Below, piece by piece: positions 1 to 9,512 of a DNA stretch of 64,000 nucleotides. The position numbers and the translations under genes are program-made. Within the stretch, counting starts at the first letter, position 1. Every line of letters starts with the position of its first letter. Under the pieces are notes generated by a model, which did not search any database, was not told where the DNA came from, and saw only the letters and a list, made by a program, of their open reading frames with translations. The stretch is from Acidimicrobiia bacterium (GTDB taxonomy: Bacteria; Actinomycetota; Acidimicrobiia; IMCC26256; JAOSJL01). The DNA is taken from contig JAWKJA010000002.1 of assembly GCA_041394025.1 (NCBI GenBank), positions 1,454,541-1,518,540 on the forward strand. Direction: 5' to 3'.

Positions 1-1
1 A

Positions 2-487
2 CGCGACCGGCGGGCAGGCCTGGAGAACGTCGTCGCCGCCACCGGATTCGGGGCACTCGCAACAGAGCTCTCCGGTCCGGGTCGGCTCGCTTCAGAGCTC
101 GACACCGCACGGGAGCAGACGAGCGCCATCGAGCGCGAAACCTCGTCTGCCGTCGAGGGCGTGACCGTGTTCGGCGACTCCGGCAACCGGCTGGGCACCC
201 TCGTCTGCTTCGGTGTCGAGGGCGTGGAGGCGGAACCGATCCTGTTGGGGCTCGACCAGCGCGGTGTCGCCGCGCACTCGGGGTCGTCGTGCTCGAGCGA
301 GATCCTGGAGCCGTCGCCGGTCCTCGCGGCAATGGGCGTCGACGCCGACCACTCACTGCGTGTCAGCGTCGGCTGGAACACCTCAGACGCCGACGTCGCA
401 CTGTTTCTCGAGGCGTTTCCGATTGTGGTCGACGGTTTGCGGTCACTGCGCCCGCCCTCCCGGCGATCCGACGCCGCCGCCCCCTAG
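2..487 (+). CDS. cysteine desulfurase (NifS/IscS-type), C-terminal part; 5' end outside window
   Basis: Frame is open from the window edge to TAG at 485-487. Translation contains RAGLENV and the active-site Cys loop HSGSSCSSEILEPSPVL, typical of class V aminotransferase cysteine desulfurases. Confidence 0.8.
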   Translation, partial: RDRRAGLENVVAATGFGALATELSGPGRLASELDTAREQTSAIERETSSAVEGVTVFGDSGNRLGTLVCFGVEGVEAEPILLGLDQRGVAAHSGSSCSSEILEPSPVLAAMGVDADHSLRVSVGWNTSDADVALFLEAFPIVVDGLRSLRPPSRRSDAAAP

Positions 488-537
488 CTCGACCTGGCTC
501 CAGGCCGGATCGAGGTCCCCGCTAGCGTGTCCACACG

Positions 538-2814
538 ATGATCCAGCGCAGTGCCGTCGCGGCCCTGATCGCCGTTGTGGCGCTCGTTCTCACTCCCGCC
601 GGTGGTCTCGGAGTGGAAGGGTCGTCCGCACAGGTCGACCGCGTTCTGGTCGTCTCGCTCCCTCACCTCACCTGGGAGGATCTCCGGAACGCCGACACGC
701 CGAACCTCGACGGGCTGATCGACGACTCCGCCATCGCGAACCTGTCGACGCGTGTCACGGGCGGACGGGCGGAACAGGGTGAGGGCTACGCCACCATGGG
801 AGCGGGGGGCCGCGCCGTGGCGCCGCCCGAGATCGCCGGCCAGGCCTACGGACCCGAGGAGCCCTTCGGGGAAGGAACAGCCGGCGACGCCTTCGAACGC
901 CGAACAGGTCGGCCTCTCGACGCAGCTGTCGGCCAGGTGGCGTTCCCGGAGATTCTCAGGGCGAACGACGCAGCCCTCTTCGGCGCCGACCCGGGACTGC
1001 TCGGCTCGGAGCTCGCCGAACACGGCATCGACAGGGCGGTCGTCGCCAACGCCGACCGTCCTTTCTCGAACGCCGGATTCTGGATCGCACATCGCGAGGC
1101 CGCCCTGGCCCTGGTCGACACCGACGGCCTCGTCGCAGGGGGGCGGGTCGACCGCGGGATCCTCGAGCAGTCGCCCGACGCACCCTACGGAGTTCAACTC
1201 GACCCCGACGAAGTCGTGGGTGCGTTCTCCGACGTGTGGACCGGAAACGCGAGCACGATCGTGGTCGAGGCGTCCGACCTGGCTCGTGCCGACGGCTATC
1301 GGATCGTCCTCGACGATGCGCAGAAAGGGTCGATGATGCAGCGGGTGCTGGAGTCGACCGACGACATGGTCGGGTCTCTGCTCGCCGAGGTCGACCCCGC
1401 GACCGACGCCGTGCTCCTCGTCGCGCCCGGTGTGCCGGCGTCGACACCACGCCTCACCGTCTTCGCACTACGCGCGCCGGGCGTCGAGCCCGGGCTTCTG
1501 AGCAGCGCCGTCACGCGGCGCGACGGTTTCGTGACGATCTCCGACGTTGCACCGACGATCCTGGAGCTCTTCGACATCGAACCACCGAGCACGATGGAGG
1601 GACGGCCCGTCGACGTCGGCAACACCGGCGGAACGACCACCCAGCGCGTCGACGATCTCATCGGTGCCGACGCCGACGCACAGTTCCGGGACGACATACT
1701 CGATCCCGTCCTGAGTGTGTTCATCGCCCTCCAGATCGTCCTCGCCGTCGCAGCCGGCATCCTCATCTGGCGACGTCCCCGGCATCCCCGATGGACATCC
1801 GTGGTGCGCTTCAGCGCGCTCGCTGTCCTTGGTGTGGTTCCGGCCACCTACCTGGCCGCGTTCTTTCCGTTCGCCAACTGGGGAACGGCGGCCTACCTGG
1901 GCTTCCTCGCGGTGGTCGCCGCCGCCATCGCGACAGCTGCCCACGCGACACGCGCCCGTGTCGTTGGCCCACTGCTCGTGACTCTCGGTTCGATACTCGC
2001 GGTGGTCGCGCTGTCGGTCGTCGTCCTCGATTCGCAGTTGCAGCTGAGCACGGTGTTCGGTGACTCCCCGATCGTGGCGGGACGGTTCACGGGCGTGAAC
2101 AACGTGACGGCGGCGGCGTTCTTCGCGGCGGCGATCATCGTGGCGGCGCTCCTGGCCCATTGCCTTCCGTCTCCGCGCGGCGCGGTCGCCGCCACGGTGC
2201 TGCTCGGCGCGGTTCTCCTGGTCGACGTCGCGCCCCCCTGGGGCTCCGATGTGGGGGGAATCCTCACCGGGGTGCCCGCGTTCGCGCTGACTGCGGCGCT
2301 CCTGTGGAAGGTCCGCGTGCGTCTGCGGACGGTCGTGATTGCCGTCGTGGCCACCGCGGGCGCCGTGGCTCTCATCGGCGGCCTGGATCTCCTGAGACCT
2401 GCGGCCGATCGCACCCACCTGGGCCGGTTGTTCGAAACCGTCTCGTCCGACGGCTGGGAGAGCTTCGAACTGGTCGTGCGTCGCAAGCTCGACCAGAACC
2501 TCCGAACCCTCACGAACTCCCTCTGGCGTCTCGAGATCCTCGCGGTGGGCGTCTTCTTCGGCGCTCTCGTGATGCGAGCCCGCGACCGACTCGACCGGAT
2601 CGTCGAGCGGATCCCCGAGCTCCGAGCCGCCGCGTGGGGACTGCTGGTCGCAGCGGTCCTGGGCTTCGCCCTCAACGACTCGGGCCTGGCCGTACCGGGG
2701 ATGACGATGGCCGTCGCCAACCCGGTCCTGGTCTTCCTCCTCGTACGCATCGGTGAGGACGAGCGCATCGGTCAGGACGAGCCGGCCCCGTCATTCGCGG
2801 GCCCCGACACCTAG
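538..2814 (+). CDS. large polytopic membrane protein with N-terminal extracytoplasmic domain (function unknown)
   Basis: 758-aa ORF. N-terminal hydrophobic anchor (AVAALIAVVALVLTPAG), then a soluble domain of about 370 aa, then roughly 10 hydrophobic segments. I can name no diagnostic motif. Confidence 0.6.
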   Translation: MIQRSAVAALIAVVALVLTPAGGLGVEGSSAQVDRVLVVSLPHLTWEDLRNADTPNLDGLIDDSAIANLSTRVTGGRAEQGEGYATMGAGGRAVAPPEIAGQAYGPEEPFGEGTAGDAFERRTGRPLDAAVGQVAFPEILRANDAALFGADPGLLGSELAEHGIDRAVVANADRPFSNAGFWIAHREAALALVDTDGLVAGGRVDRGILEQSPDAPYGVQLDPDEVVGAFSDVWTGNASTIVVEASDLARADGYRIVLDDAQKGSMMQRVLESTDDMVGSLLAEVDPATDAVLLVAPGVPASTPRLTVFALRAPGVEPGLLSSAVTRRDGFVTISDVAPTILELFDIEPPSTMEGRPVDVGNTGGTTTQRVDDLIGADADAQFRDDILDPVLSVFIALQIVLAVAAGILIWRRPRHPRWTSVVRFSALAVLGVVPATYLAAFFPFANWGTAAYLGFLAVVAAAIATAAHATRARVVGPLLVTLGSILAVVALSVVVLDSQLQLSTVFGDSPIVAGRFTGVNNVTAAAFFAAAIIVAALLAHCLPSPRGAVAATVLLGAVLLVDVAPPWGSDVGGILTGVPAFALTAALLWKVRVRLRTVVIAVVATAGAVALIGGLDLLRPAADRTHLGRLFETVSSDGWESFELVVRRKLDQNLRTLTNSLWRLEILAVGVFFGALVMRARDRLDRIVERIPELRAAAWGLLVAAVLGFALNDSGLAVPGMTMAVANPVLVFLLVRIGEDERIGQDEPAPSFAGPDT

Positions 2815-2884
2815 AGTCCCTGCACGCGTGCCGAGAATTCCCCGGGAACCACGACCACCGACCACCACAGCGAGGAACACACAC

Positions 2885-3601
2885 ATGGCTGACTGGAACG
2901 CACTCACAACCGAGCTGACGGAGGCGTTGAAGCTGTCGGCACCGCCGATCGCCATCACCTTCTCCGACACGCCACCCGACGGTGTGGAGCCCTTCGAGGA
3001 GCCGATGCCCGAAGCCCTCGACGGTCGCACCGGCCGGGTTCCCGCCGGCTGTGTGTTCTGGATGAAGGGTACGGAGCGCACCTTCTCCACGGTCGCCGAG
3101 GACCACGGCAACTGCTCGGTGGGGAGCCTCACGCACGGCTTCAAGACGCTCGACGAGGTCGCCGGCAACGGTGACGTGGCCACCCTCGTGGAGTCGGGCT
3201 GGGTCACGATGGATGTCGTACCGGAGATCCCGGTCGTGCAGGAGAAGCCGGGCACCGTCACCTACGGACCACTCGCCGAGACACCCGTGGACCCCGACGT
3301 GGTCATGCTGCGGGTGAACGGCAAGCAGCTCATGATCCTCTCCGATGCCATTCCCGGCCTGCGCATCGAGGGCAAGCCCCAGTGCCACATCGTGGCCATC
3401 GCCAAGGAGCAGGGTGAGCCCGCCGCCAGCGTGGGCTGCGCACTCAGTCGGGTCCGCACGGGAATGCCCGCCGCCGAGATGACCTGCACCATTCCGGGGC
3501 CGATGCTGGCCACGGTGGTGCAACAGGTCACCTCCATGGCCGACACCGACACGACGGTGGCGCGCTACGCCGCCCAGGACGCCGCGCGTTTCGAAGCCTG
3601 A
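2885..3601 (+). CDS. DUF169-like protein
   Basis: ATG at 2885, 9 nt after GAGGAA. The track start at 2753 overlaps the upstream gene and encodes an Arg/Pro-rich stretch, so it was rejected. The 238-aa product resembles DUF169/COG2043 proteins from memory. Confidence 0.55.
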   Translation: MADWNALTTELTEALKLSAPPIAITFSDTPPDGVEPFEEPMPEALDGRTGRVPAGCVFWMKGTERTFSTVAEDHGNCSVGSLTHGFKTLDEVAGNGDVATLVESGWVTMDVVPEIPVVQEKPGTVTYGPLAETPVDPDVVMLRVNGKQLMILSDAIPGLRIEGKPQCHIVAIAKEQGEPAASVGCALSRVRTGMPAAEMTCTIPGPMLATVVQQVTSMADTDTTVARYAAQDAARFEA

Positions 3602-3620
3602 GGGACAGGTTCCCGTTTGT

Positions 3621-3661
3621 TCGTCTCGGGCGCCGCAGGATACCTGCGACGCTTACCCTCG
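3621..3661. repeat. GC-rich nested-palindrome intergenic repeat, copy A (partial; inner hairpin 3630-3652 with one mismatch)
   Basis: tcgtctcgggcgccgcaggatacctgcgacgcttaccctcg aligns with the copies at 50634-50691 and 57343-57400. It lies between two convergent stop codons (3601 and 3664). Confidence 0.6.
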
Positions 3662-3663
3662 CC

Positions 3664-4302
3664 TCACTTCTTCGCGGACTCGTAGAAGGGGTTCTCGCCC
3701 GAGGCGTGGTCGGTGACGTCGCGCACACCGATGATCTCGGGGATGGCCTCGGTGAGCGCCACCTCGATGCCCTGCGAGAGCGTCACGGAGGCCATGCCAC
3801 AGCCCTGGCACCCACCGCCCAGGCGGAGGTAGGCGATGCCTTCGTCGACGGCGACGAGCTCCGCAACACCGCCGTGTGAGGCGATGGCGGGGTTGATCTG
3901 CGTGTCGAGGACCTCGATCACCCTCTGGGGGAGCTCACCCGACAGGTCGGGTGGCGGGCCGTCGTAGCCGGCCGACGGCGGGGCCGGGCTGTTCGGGTTG
4001 TTCATGACCATGCCGTTGTTGGTGTAGTCGAGCGTGGCGCCGCGGAGCTTGTCGGCACTACCCGCCCCGATCACGACACTCAGGTCGTCGTTGTGCAGGA
4101 CCGTCTCGGCCTCGCCGGCCTCGGAGAGCGCACGGAAGTACATCTCGTACCGGTAGGTGGCACCGGCGATCCCGCTGACCTCGACCCAGAGCGCGAGGTT
4201 GTCGGCCTCGGGTTCGTCGGCGCGTGCCTCGAGGACCTTCTCGCGGGCCTCGTCGGTGAGCGTCAGCAGCGGCGTGGTCTCGGGTTTCTCGTCACTGGCC
4301 AT
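3664..4302 (-). CDS. NfuA-like Fe-S cluster assembly/carrier protein (A-type-like N-domain plus Nfu C-domain)
   Basis: 212-aa ORF. The C-terminal Nfu motif is LGGGCQGCGMASVTL. The N-terminal part resembles a HesB/IscA-like fold. Confidence 0.8.
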   Translation of the reverse strand: MASDEKPETTPLLTLTDEAREKVLEARADEPEADNLALWVEVSGIAGATYRYEMYFRALSEAGEAETVLHNDDLSVVIGAGSADKLRGATLDYTNNGMVMNNPNSPAPPSAGYDGPPPDLSGELPQRVIEVLDTQINPAIASHGGVAELVAVDEGIAYLRLGGGCQGCGMASVTLSQGIEVALTEAIPEIIGVRDVTDHASGENPFYESAKK

Positions 4303-4390
4303 GGTGTCCTCACGGGGGGGGAGCCGGCCGATCCGATCCGAAAAATGGATCCGGACTCATCGGATCAGCCCGACAACGGCGTCGACAGCC

Positions 4391-5674
4391 ATGATACGAC
4401 CTGTGCCCCGGGTGCTTCTCCTCCTGCCCACAACCACCTACAGAGCCCGCGACTTCCTGGAGGCGGCCGGTTCCCTGGGTGTCGAGGTGGTCGTCGGGTC
4501 CGACGGGCGCCAGGTCCTGGAGGACGTCACCGGGGCGAACACCCTGGTCCTCCCGCTCGGCGATCCCGACGAGAAGGGGGTGCGTGCGGCGGTGGACGCC
4601 ATCGTCGAGGCCAACACCCTCACGCCGTTCGACGCGATCGTCGGGGTCGACGACAGGGGCGTCGTCGCGGCAGCGGCGGCATCCGAGCGGTTGGGGCTCC
4701 CCGGCAATCACGTCGAAGCGGTACGCCGCACTCGTGACAAACGTGAGCAACGTCGCGCTTTCGGCGCTGCCGAGGTGCCACAGCCCGCGTACTCGGTCCT
4801 CGAGCCCGAGGATGTGCGCCGGCTGTGCGCCGGTGAGCACCTCGGCTCGGACGAGCTGGTCTCGTTCCCCGCGGTGATCAAGCCCCTCGGACTCTCCGGG
4901 AGCCAGGGCGTGATCCGTGTCGACCGGGAAGCCGATCTCCCCGCGGTCGCACAGCGGGTCGCACAGGTGGTCACGGGCGCGGAGGGGGGTGAAGCAACGG
5001 ACCCTCCGGAGCCGAGCCCATTGCTGCTCGAGGAGTTCGTGCCCGGACCCGAGGTGGCCGTGGAGGCCGTGGTCCGATCGGGGCAGGTTCGCGTTCTCGC
5101 CGTCTTCGACAAGCCCGACCCGCTCGACGGGCCCTACTTCGAGGAGACGATCTACGTGACCCCCAGTCGCCACTCCGAGGAGGACCTCCGCGACCTGGAA
5201 CGGGTGGTCGGTGCCGGGGTCGGCGCCCTAGGACTCACCGACGGGCCCGTGCACGCCGAGGCGCGGATCAGCGACCGGGGTGTGCGTCTCCTCGAGGTCG
5301 CCGCGCGGTCGATCGGCGGGCTGTGTGCACGTGCGCTGCGCTTCGGGGTGGGTGTCAGCCTCGAGGAGGTGATCCTCCGGCACGCCCTCCAGGACAGGCA
5401 GCCCGTCCTCGTCCCCGAGGGGGCGGCCTCCGGCGTGATGATGCTGCCGATCCCCCGCGCCGGAACCCTGCGTGATGTCCGCGGCGTCGAAGAGGCCCGT
5501 GCCGTGCCGGGTGTCGTGGGCCTCGAGACCACGATCCCGAGAGGCAGCACCGTCGAACCGCTCCCGGAGGGCGGCCGCTACCTCGGATTCGTGTTCGCCC
5601 GCGGAGCGAGCCCCGACGAGGTCGAGTCCACGCTGCGCACCGCCCACGGGAAGCTCACCATCGACATCACCTGA
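4391..5674 (+). CDS. ATP-grasp domain protein (amino-acid-ligase-like)
   Basis: ATG at 4391 (MIRPVPRVLLLLP). The longer track ORF from 4157 overlaps nfuA antisense. Pre-ATP-grasp Rossmann-like N-terminus, then FPAVIKPLGLSGSQGV and LLLEEFVPGPEVAVE blocks typical of ATP-grasp_4-type ligases. Confidence 0.75.
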   Translation: MIRPVPRVLLLLPTTTYRARDFLEAAGSLGVEVVVGSDGRQVLEDVTGANTLVLPLGDPDEKGVRAAVDAIVEANTLTPFDAIVGVDDRGVVAAAAASERLGLPGNHVEAVRRTRDKREQRRAFGAAEVPQPAYSVLEPEDVRRLCAGEHLGSDELVSFPAVIKPLGLSGSQGVIRVDREADLPAVAQRVAQVVTGAEGGEATDPPEPSPLLLEEFVPGPEVAVEAVVRSGQVRVLAVFDKPDPLDGPYFEETIYVTPSRHSEEDLRDLERVVGAGVGALGLTDGPVHAEARISDRGVRLLEVAARSIGGLCARALRFGVGVSLEEVILRHALQDRQPVLVPEGAASGVMMLPIPRAGTLRDVRGVEEARAVPGVVGLETTIPRGSTVEPLPEGGRYLGFVFARGASPDEVESTLRTAHGKLTIDIT

Positions 5675-5728
5675 CACGACGGGTGGCCGGCACCGCCCGA
5701 CGCCGACGGGGGTCGTACGCTGGCCGCG

Positions 5729-7150
5729 ATGCGCGTCCTGGTCCTGTCCACCTACGAGCTCGGTCACCAGCCCGTGCACGCGGCCGCGGCCGCGGCCGTG
5801 CTGCGGGCAGCGGGTCACGATGCCCGGGTGCGCGATCTCGCCGTCGAGGCGTGGGACGACGGCGACGTCGCCTGGGCCGACGCCCTGGCGTGCTCGGTGC
5901 CGATGCACACGGCGCGCCGTCTCGCCTCCGAGGCCACCGGCCGTGCACGGGCGGTGCGCCCCGGGCTACCGGTGTGCTGGTTCGGTCTCTACGCCGTCGC
6001 TGCCACACCGGCACGCGACGGGTCGGTCCACCTGATCGCCGGTGAGTACGGGGACGCACTCCGTGAGTGGGCCGACGACCCGGCAGGCCAGAAGGCACGG
6101 GGGGCCGTCGTCGACATCGGTCGTGCCGGACCGACGGGCACGCCGGTGCCCGACCGGACCGGCCTGCCCGGCCTCGACCGGTACGTGCGCTTCGTCGACC
6201 ATGACGGGGAGCGAACGGTCGCGGCGGTCGAGGCCAGCCACGGGTGCGCCCACCGGTGCCGGCACTGCCCTGTGCCGGTGGTCTACGACGGCCGCACACG
6301 CGCCGTCGCCACCGACACGGTGCTGGCCGACATCGAAGAGCAGGTCGCCGCTGGTGCCCGACACGTGACCTTCGGCGACGCCGACTTCCTCAACCGGCCG
6401 CGGCACTCGCTGGAGATCGTGCGCGAGATGAGACGGCACTTCGAGGGCGCTGCGGGCGGACCGCTGACGTTCGACTGCACCGTCAAGGTGGAGCACATCC
6501 TGCGCCACGCCGACGTGTGGGACGAGATGGTGGCGGCGGGGTGCCGGTTCGTGGTCTCGGCCTTCGAGTCGGTGGACGACCGCACACTCGCCCTCCTCGA
6601 CAAGGGTCACACGGCGGCGCAGGCGGCCGAGGCCGTCGGGCTGCTCCGGGCCCACGGCATCGAGATCCGGCCGTCTTTCCTCCCCTTCCTGCCGTGGACT
6701 CAGATCGAGCACCTCGTCGACCTGCTCGACTTCGTCGCCGACCACGATCTCGTCCCCAACGTGGATCCCGTGCAGTACACGATCCGGCTGCTCCTCCCGC
6801 CCGGATCGCTCCTGCTCGATCTCCCCGAGGTCCGGAAACGCGTCGGGGCGTTCGACGAGGCGGCGCACGCGTGGAGGTGGCGGCCCGACGATCCCGCCCT
6901 CGACGACCTCCAGGCGGAACTCGCGAACATCGTGGAGTCGGGCGCCGCCGAGGCTACCGGCGCCACACCGGGAGCAACGGCCGGCTACCAGCGCGTCCGT
7001 GACGCCGTGTTCGCCGTAGCCGGGCGCCCCGATCCGCGGCCGGCCGTCGATGCGGCAGCCGTCCCGCCGACGAGGCCGCGGCTCACGGAGTCGTGGTACT
7101 GCTGTTCGGAGCCGACCGACGCGCAGTTGAGCGTGCTCGAGGTGCCCTGA
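5729..7150 (+). CDS. radical SAM enzyme with B12-binding-like N-domain and C-terminal CC-S-E-P tail (CUAEP/CCAEP-tail family-like)
   Basis: CxxxCxxC motif is SHGCAHRCRHCPV. The N-terminal flavodoxin/B12-like domain starts MRVLVLSTYELGH. The C-terminal tail is ESWYCCSEPTDAQ, with TGC TGT at 7099-7104. Confidence 0.8.
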   Translation: MRVLVLSTYELGHQPVHAAAAAAVLRAAGHDARVRDLAVEAWDDGDVAWADALACSVPMHTARRLASEATGRARAVRPGLPVCWFGLYAVAATPARDGSVHLIAGEYGDALREWADDPAGQKARGAVVDIGRAGPTGTPVPDRTGLPGLDRYVRFVDHDGERTVAAVEASHGCAHRCRHCPVPVVYDGRTRAVATDTVLADIEEQVAAGARHVTFGDADFLNRPRHSLEIVREMRRHFEGAAGGPLTFDCTVKVEHILRHADVWDEMVAAGCRFVVSAFESVDDRTLALLDKGHTAAQAAEAVGLLRAHGIEIRPSFLPFLPWTQIEHLVDLLDFVADHDLVPNVDPVQYTIRLLLPPGSLLLDLPEVRKRVGAFDEAAHAWRWRPDDPALDDLQAELANIVESGAAEATGATPGATAGYQRVRDAVFAVAGRPDPRPAVDAAAVPPTRPRLTESWYCCSEPTDAQLSVLEVP

Positions 7151-7158
7151 GCCCCCGG

Positions 7159-9432
7159 CTATCCCCGCGACGCCATCGCGTTGAGAGCGGAACCTGCCTT
7201 GAACCACTCGACGTGCTCCGGGGACAGCGTCGTCGTCGTGTCGAACTCGTCGGTGCTGCCGTCGGAATGGTTGAGACGGACGCGCAGCGGTGCGTCGGGC
7301 GCCAGGGTCTCGAGGCCGAGGATGTCGACGGTGTCGTCGACGCGGACCTTGTCGTAGTCGGCGGGGTCGGCGAACGTGAGCGCCAGCACGCCCTGCTTCT
7401 TGAGATTCGCCTCGTGGATCCGTGCGAACGACCGGGCGATCACCACGCGCCCGTTCATGTAGCGGGGCTCCATCGCCGCGTGCTCGCGCGACGACCCCTC
7501 GCCGTAGTTCTCGTCGCCGACCGCCACCCACTCGATGCCGGCCTCCTTGTAGGACCGGGCGAGGTCGGGCAGTGGGACCTCTTCGCCGCTGCGCACGTCG
7601 ATACCGTGACCCGGTTTCTCGGCGAAGGCGTTGTTGACCCCCGTGAAGAGGTTCCCCGAGATGTTGGTGAGGTGGCCGCGGAAGCGCAGCCACGGGCCGG
7701 CCGGGGAGATGTGGTCGGTCGTCGTCTTGCCCTCCGACTTCATCAGGACCCGCATGCCCCGGATGTCCCCGCCGTCCCACGCGGCGAAGGGCTGCAGCAG
7801 CTCCAGTCGGTCCGAGTCGTCGGGAACGACGACCGCCACCGACGACGGGTCGTCGGCCGGCGCGACGAACCCCGACTCGCCCGTGTCGAAGCCGGCGGAG
7901 GGGAGCTCGTCGGCCGACGGTGCTTCCAGCCGCACATCCGTGCCGTCGGGTGCGGTGAGGGTGTCGCGCAGGAAGTCGAAGTCGAGCCGTCCTCCGAGCG
8001 CCAACGCCACGACGGTCTCCGGCGAGCCGATGAACGACAGGGTCTGCGCGTTGCCGTCGTTGCGGCGCGGGAAGTTGCGGTTGAAGCTCGACACGATGGT
8101 GTTGCGCTCGCCCTCCTCGATGTCGTCACGTTTCCACTGGCCGATGCACGGCCCGCAGGCGTTGGCGAGCACCGTGGCGCCGATCGCCTCGAGATCGGCG
8201 AGGAGGCCGTCGCGCTCGATGGTGGCGCGCACCTGCTCCGACCCGGGCGTGATGAGCAGCGGGCTCTGGACCGTGAGACCGGCGGCCGAGGCCTGGCGGG
8301 CCACGTGGGCGGCACGGCCGATGTCCTCGTACGACGAGTTGGTGCACGAGCCGACCAGCGCCGAGGAGATCCGGATCGGGTAGCCCTCGGTCTCCGCCGC
8401 CTCCTTGACCTCGGAGATCGGTCGGTCGAGATCGGGCGTGTGCGGGCCGACGAGGTGGGGCTCCAGGAGGTCGAGGTCGATCTCGATGACCCGGTCGAAG
8501 TACCGCCCGGGGTCGTCGTCGACGTCGGGATCGGCGCAGAGGAACTCGGCGTGGGAGTCGGCGAGCATGGCGAGCTCGCTGCGGCCGGTCGCCGCCAGGT
8601 ACTTCGCCGATCTCCGGTCGTAGGGGAAGATCGACGTCGTGGCGCCGATCTCGGCGCCCATGTTCGTGATCGTGGCCTTGCCCGTGGCGGAGATCGACTC
8701 GACGCCGGGGCCGAAGTACTCGACGACGGCGCCCGTGCCGCCCTTCACGGTGAGGATCCCCGCCACCTGGAGAATCACGTCCTTCGGGGAGGCCCACGCG
8801 GACAGCGCACCGGTGAGGCGAACGCCGATGAGCTCGGGGACACGGGTGTTGAACGGCCGGCCCGCCATCACGTCGACGGCGTCGGCGCCGCCGACGCCGA
8901 TCGCGACCATGCCCAGACCACCCGCGTTCGGAGTGTGGCTGTCGGTGCCGATCATCATTCCGCCCGGAAAGGCGTAGTTCTCCAGCACGACCTGGTGGAT
9001 GATCCCGCTCCCGGGCCGCCAGAAGCCGATCCCGTAGCGCGACGACGCCGTGCGCAGGAACTCGTAGACCTCCTGATTGGTGTCGACCGCCACCTTCAGG
9101 TCGCTCTCGGCGCCCGTGTGGGCCCGGATGAGGTGGTCGCAGTGGACGGTCGTCGGGACCGCCACGGCGGGGAGGCCGGCCAGCATGAACTGCAGGAGCG
9201 CCATCTGCGCGGTGGCGTCCTGCATGGCCACACGGTCGGGGCGATAGTCGGCGTAGTCGACCCCGCGGGACAGTCCGACTGTGTCGACGTCGTCGGCGTG
9301 GGCGAACAGGACCTTCTCGGCGTAGGTGAGCGGCCGGCCCAGGCGCTCGCGCGCCGTGGCCACGGCGCCGGGATACCGCGTGTAGACCGACTCGACGAGC
9401 TCGACGGGGGTGCCGGGAGTGACCTTCGACAT
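7159..9432 (-). CDS. acn: aconitate hydratase, mitochondrial-type (757 aa)
   Basis: ATG at 9430-9432 (MSKVTPGTPVEL). Blocks RPDRVAMQDATAQMALLQF, TVHCDHLI, GTDSHTPNAGGLG and NACGPCIGQW carry the Fe-S ligand cysteines. The track ORF extends to 9969, but that extension is Arg-rich and not credible. Confidence 0.9.
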   Translation of the reverse strand: MSKVTPGTPVELVESVYTRYPGAVATARERLGRPLTYAEKVLFAHADDVDTVGLSRGVDYADYRPDRVAMQDATAQMALLQFMLAGLPAVAVPTTVHCDHLIRAHTGAESDLKVAVDTNQEVYEFLRTASSRYGIGFWRPGSGIIHQVVLENYAFPGGMMIGTDSHTPNAGGLGMVAIGVGGADAVDVMAGRPFNTRVPELIGVRLTGALSAWASPKDVILQVAGILTVKGGTGAVVEYFGPGVESISATGKATITNMGAEIGATTSIFPYDRRSAKYLAATGRSELAMLADSHAEFLCADPDVDDDPGRYFDRVIEIDLDLLEPHLVGPHTPDLDRPISEVKEAAETEGYPIRISSALVGSCTNSSYEDIGRAAHVARQASAAGLTVQSPLLITPGSEQVRATIERDGLLADLEAIGATVLANACGPCIGQWKRDDIEEGERNTIVSSFNRNFPRRNDGNAQTLSFIGSPETVVALALGGRLDFDFLRDTLTAPDGTDVRLEAPSADELPSAGFDTGESGFVAPADDPSSVAVVVPDDSDRLELLQPFAAWDGGDIRGMRVLMKSEGKTTTDHISPAGPWLRFRGHLTNISGNLFTGVNNAFAEKPGHGIDVRSGEEVPLPDLARSYKEAGIEWVAVGDENYGEGSSREHAAMEPRYMNGRVVIARSFARIHEANLKKQGVLALTFADPADYDKVRVDDTVDILGLETLAPDAPLRVRLNHSDGSTDEFDTTTTLSPEHVEWFKAGSALNAMASRG

Positions 9433-9512
9433 GGGGCTCCGGGATCTCGATGCACCCGCGGCGCGGGAGCCTGACGTGAAACGAGGCCCCAGAGTATGCG
9501 TCGGGTGGTGGC

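Noticed and set aside
2753-2884. Upstream extension of the DUF169 ORF
   Set aside because: It overlaps the 3' end of the 758-aa membrane protein gene and encodes an Arg/Pro-rich stretch. The ATG at 2885 has a GAGGAA upstream.
7099-7104. Possible selenocysteine in the rSAM CC tail
   Set aside because: Both codons are ordinary Cys codons (TGC TGT). There is no in-frame TGA, and I saw no SECIS-like hairpin immediately downstream.
5966-7780. 604-aa minus-strand ORF spanning the rSAM/aconitase junction
   Set aside because: It crosses two convergent, motif-bearing genes and has an Arg/Pro/Gly-rich translation.
7093-9474. 793-aa plus-strand ORF
   Set aside because: It is entirely antisense to the aconitase gene. 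The translation is low-complexity (Arg/Gly/Val/Asp-rich) with no motifs. This is a typical shadow ORF of high-GC DNA.
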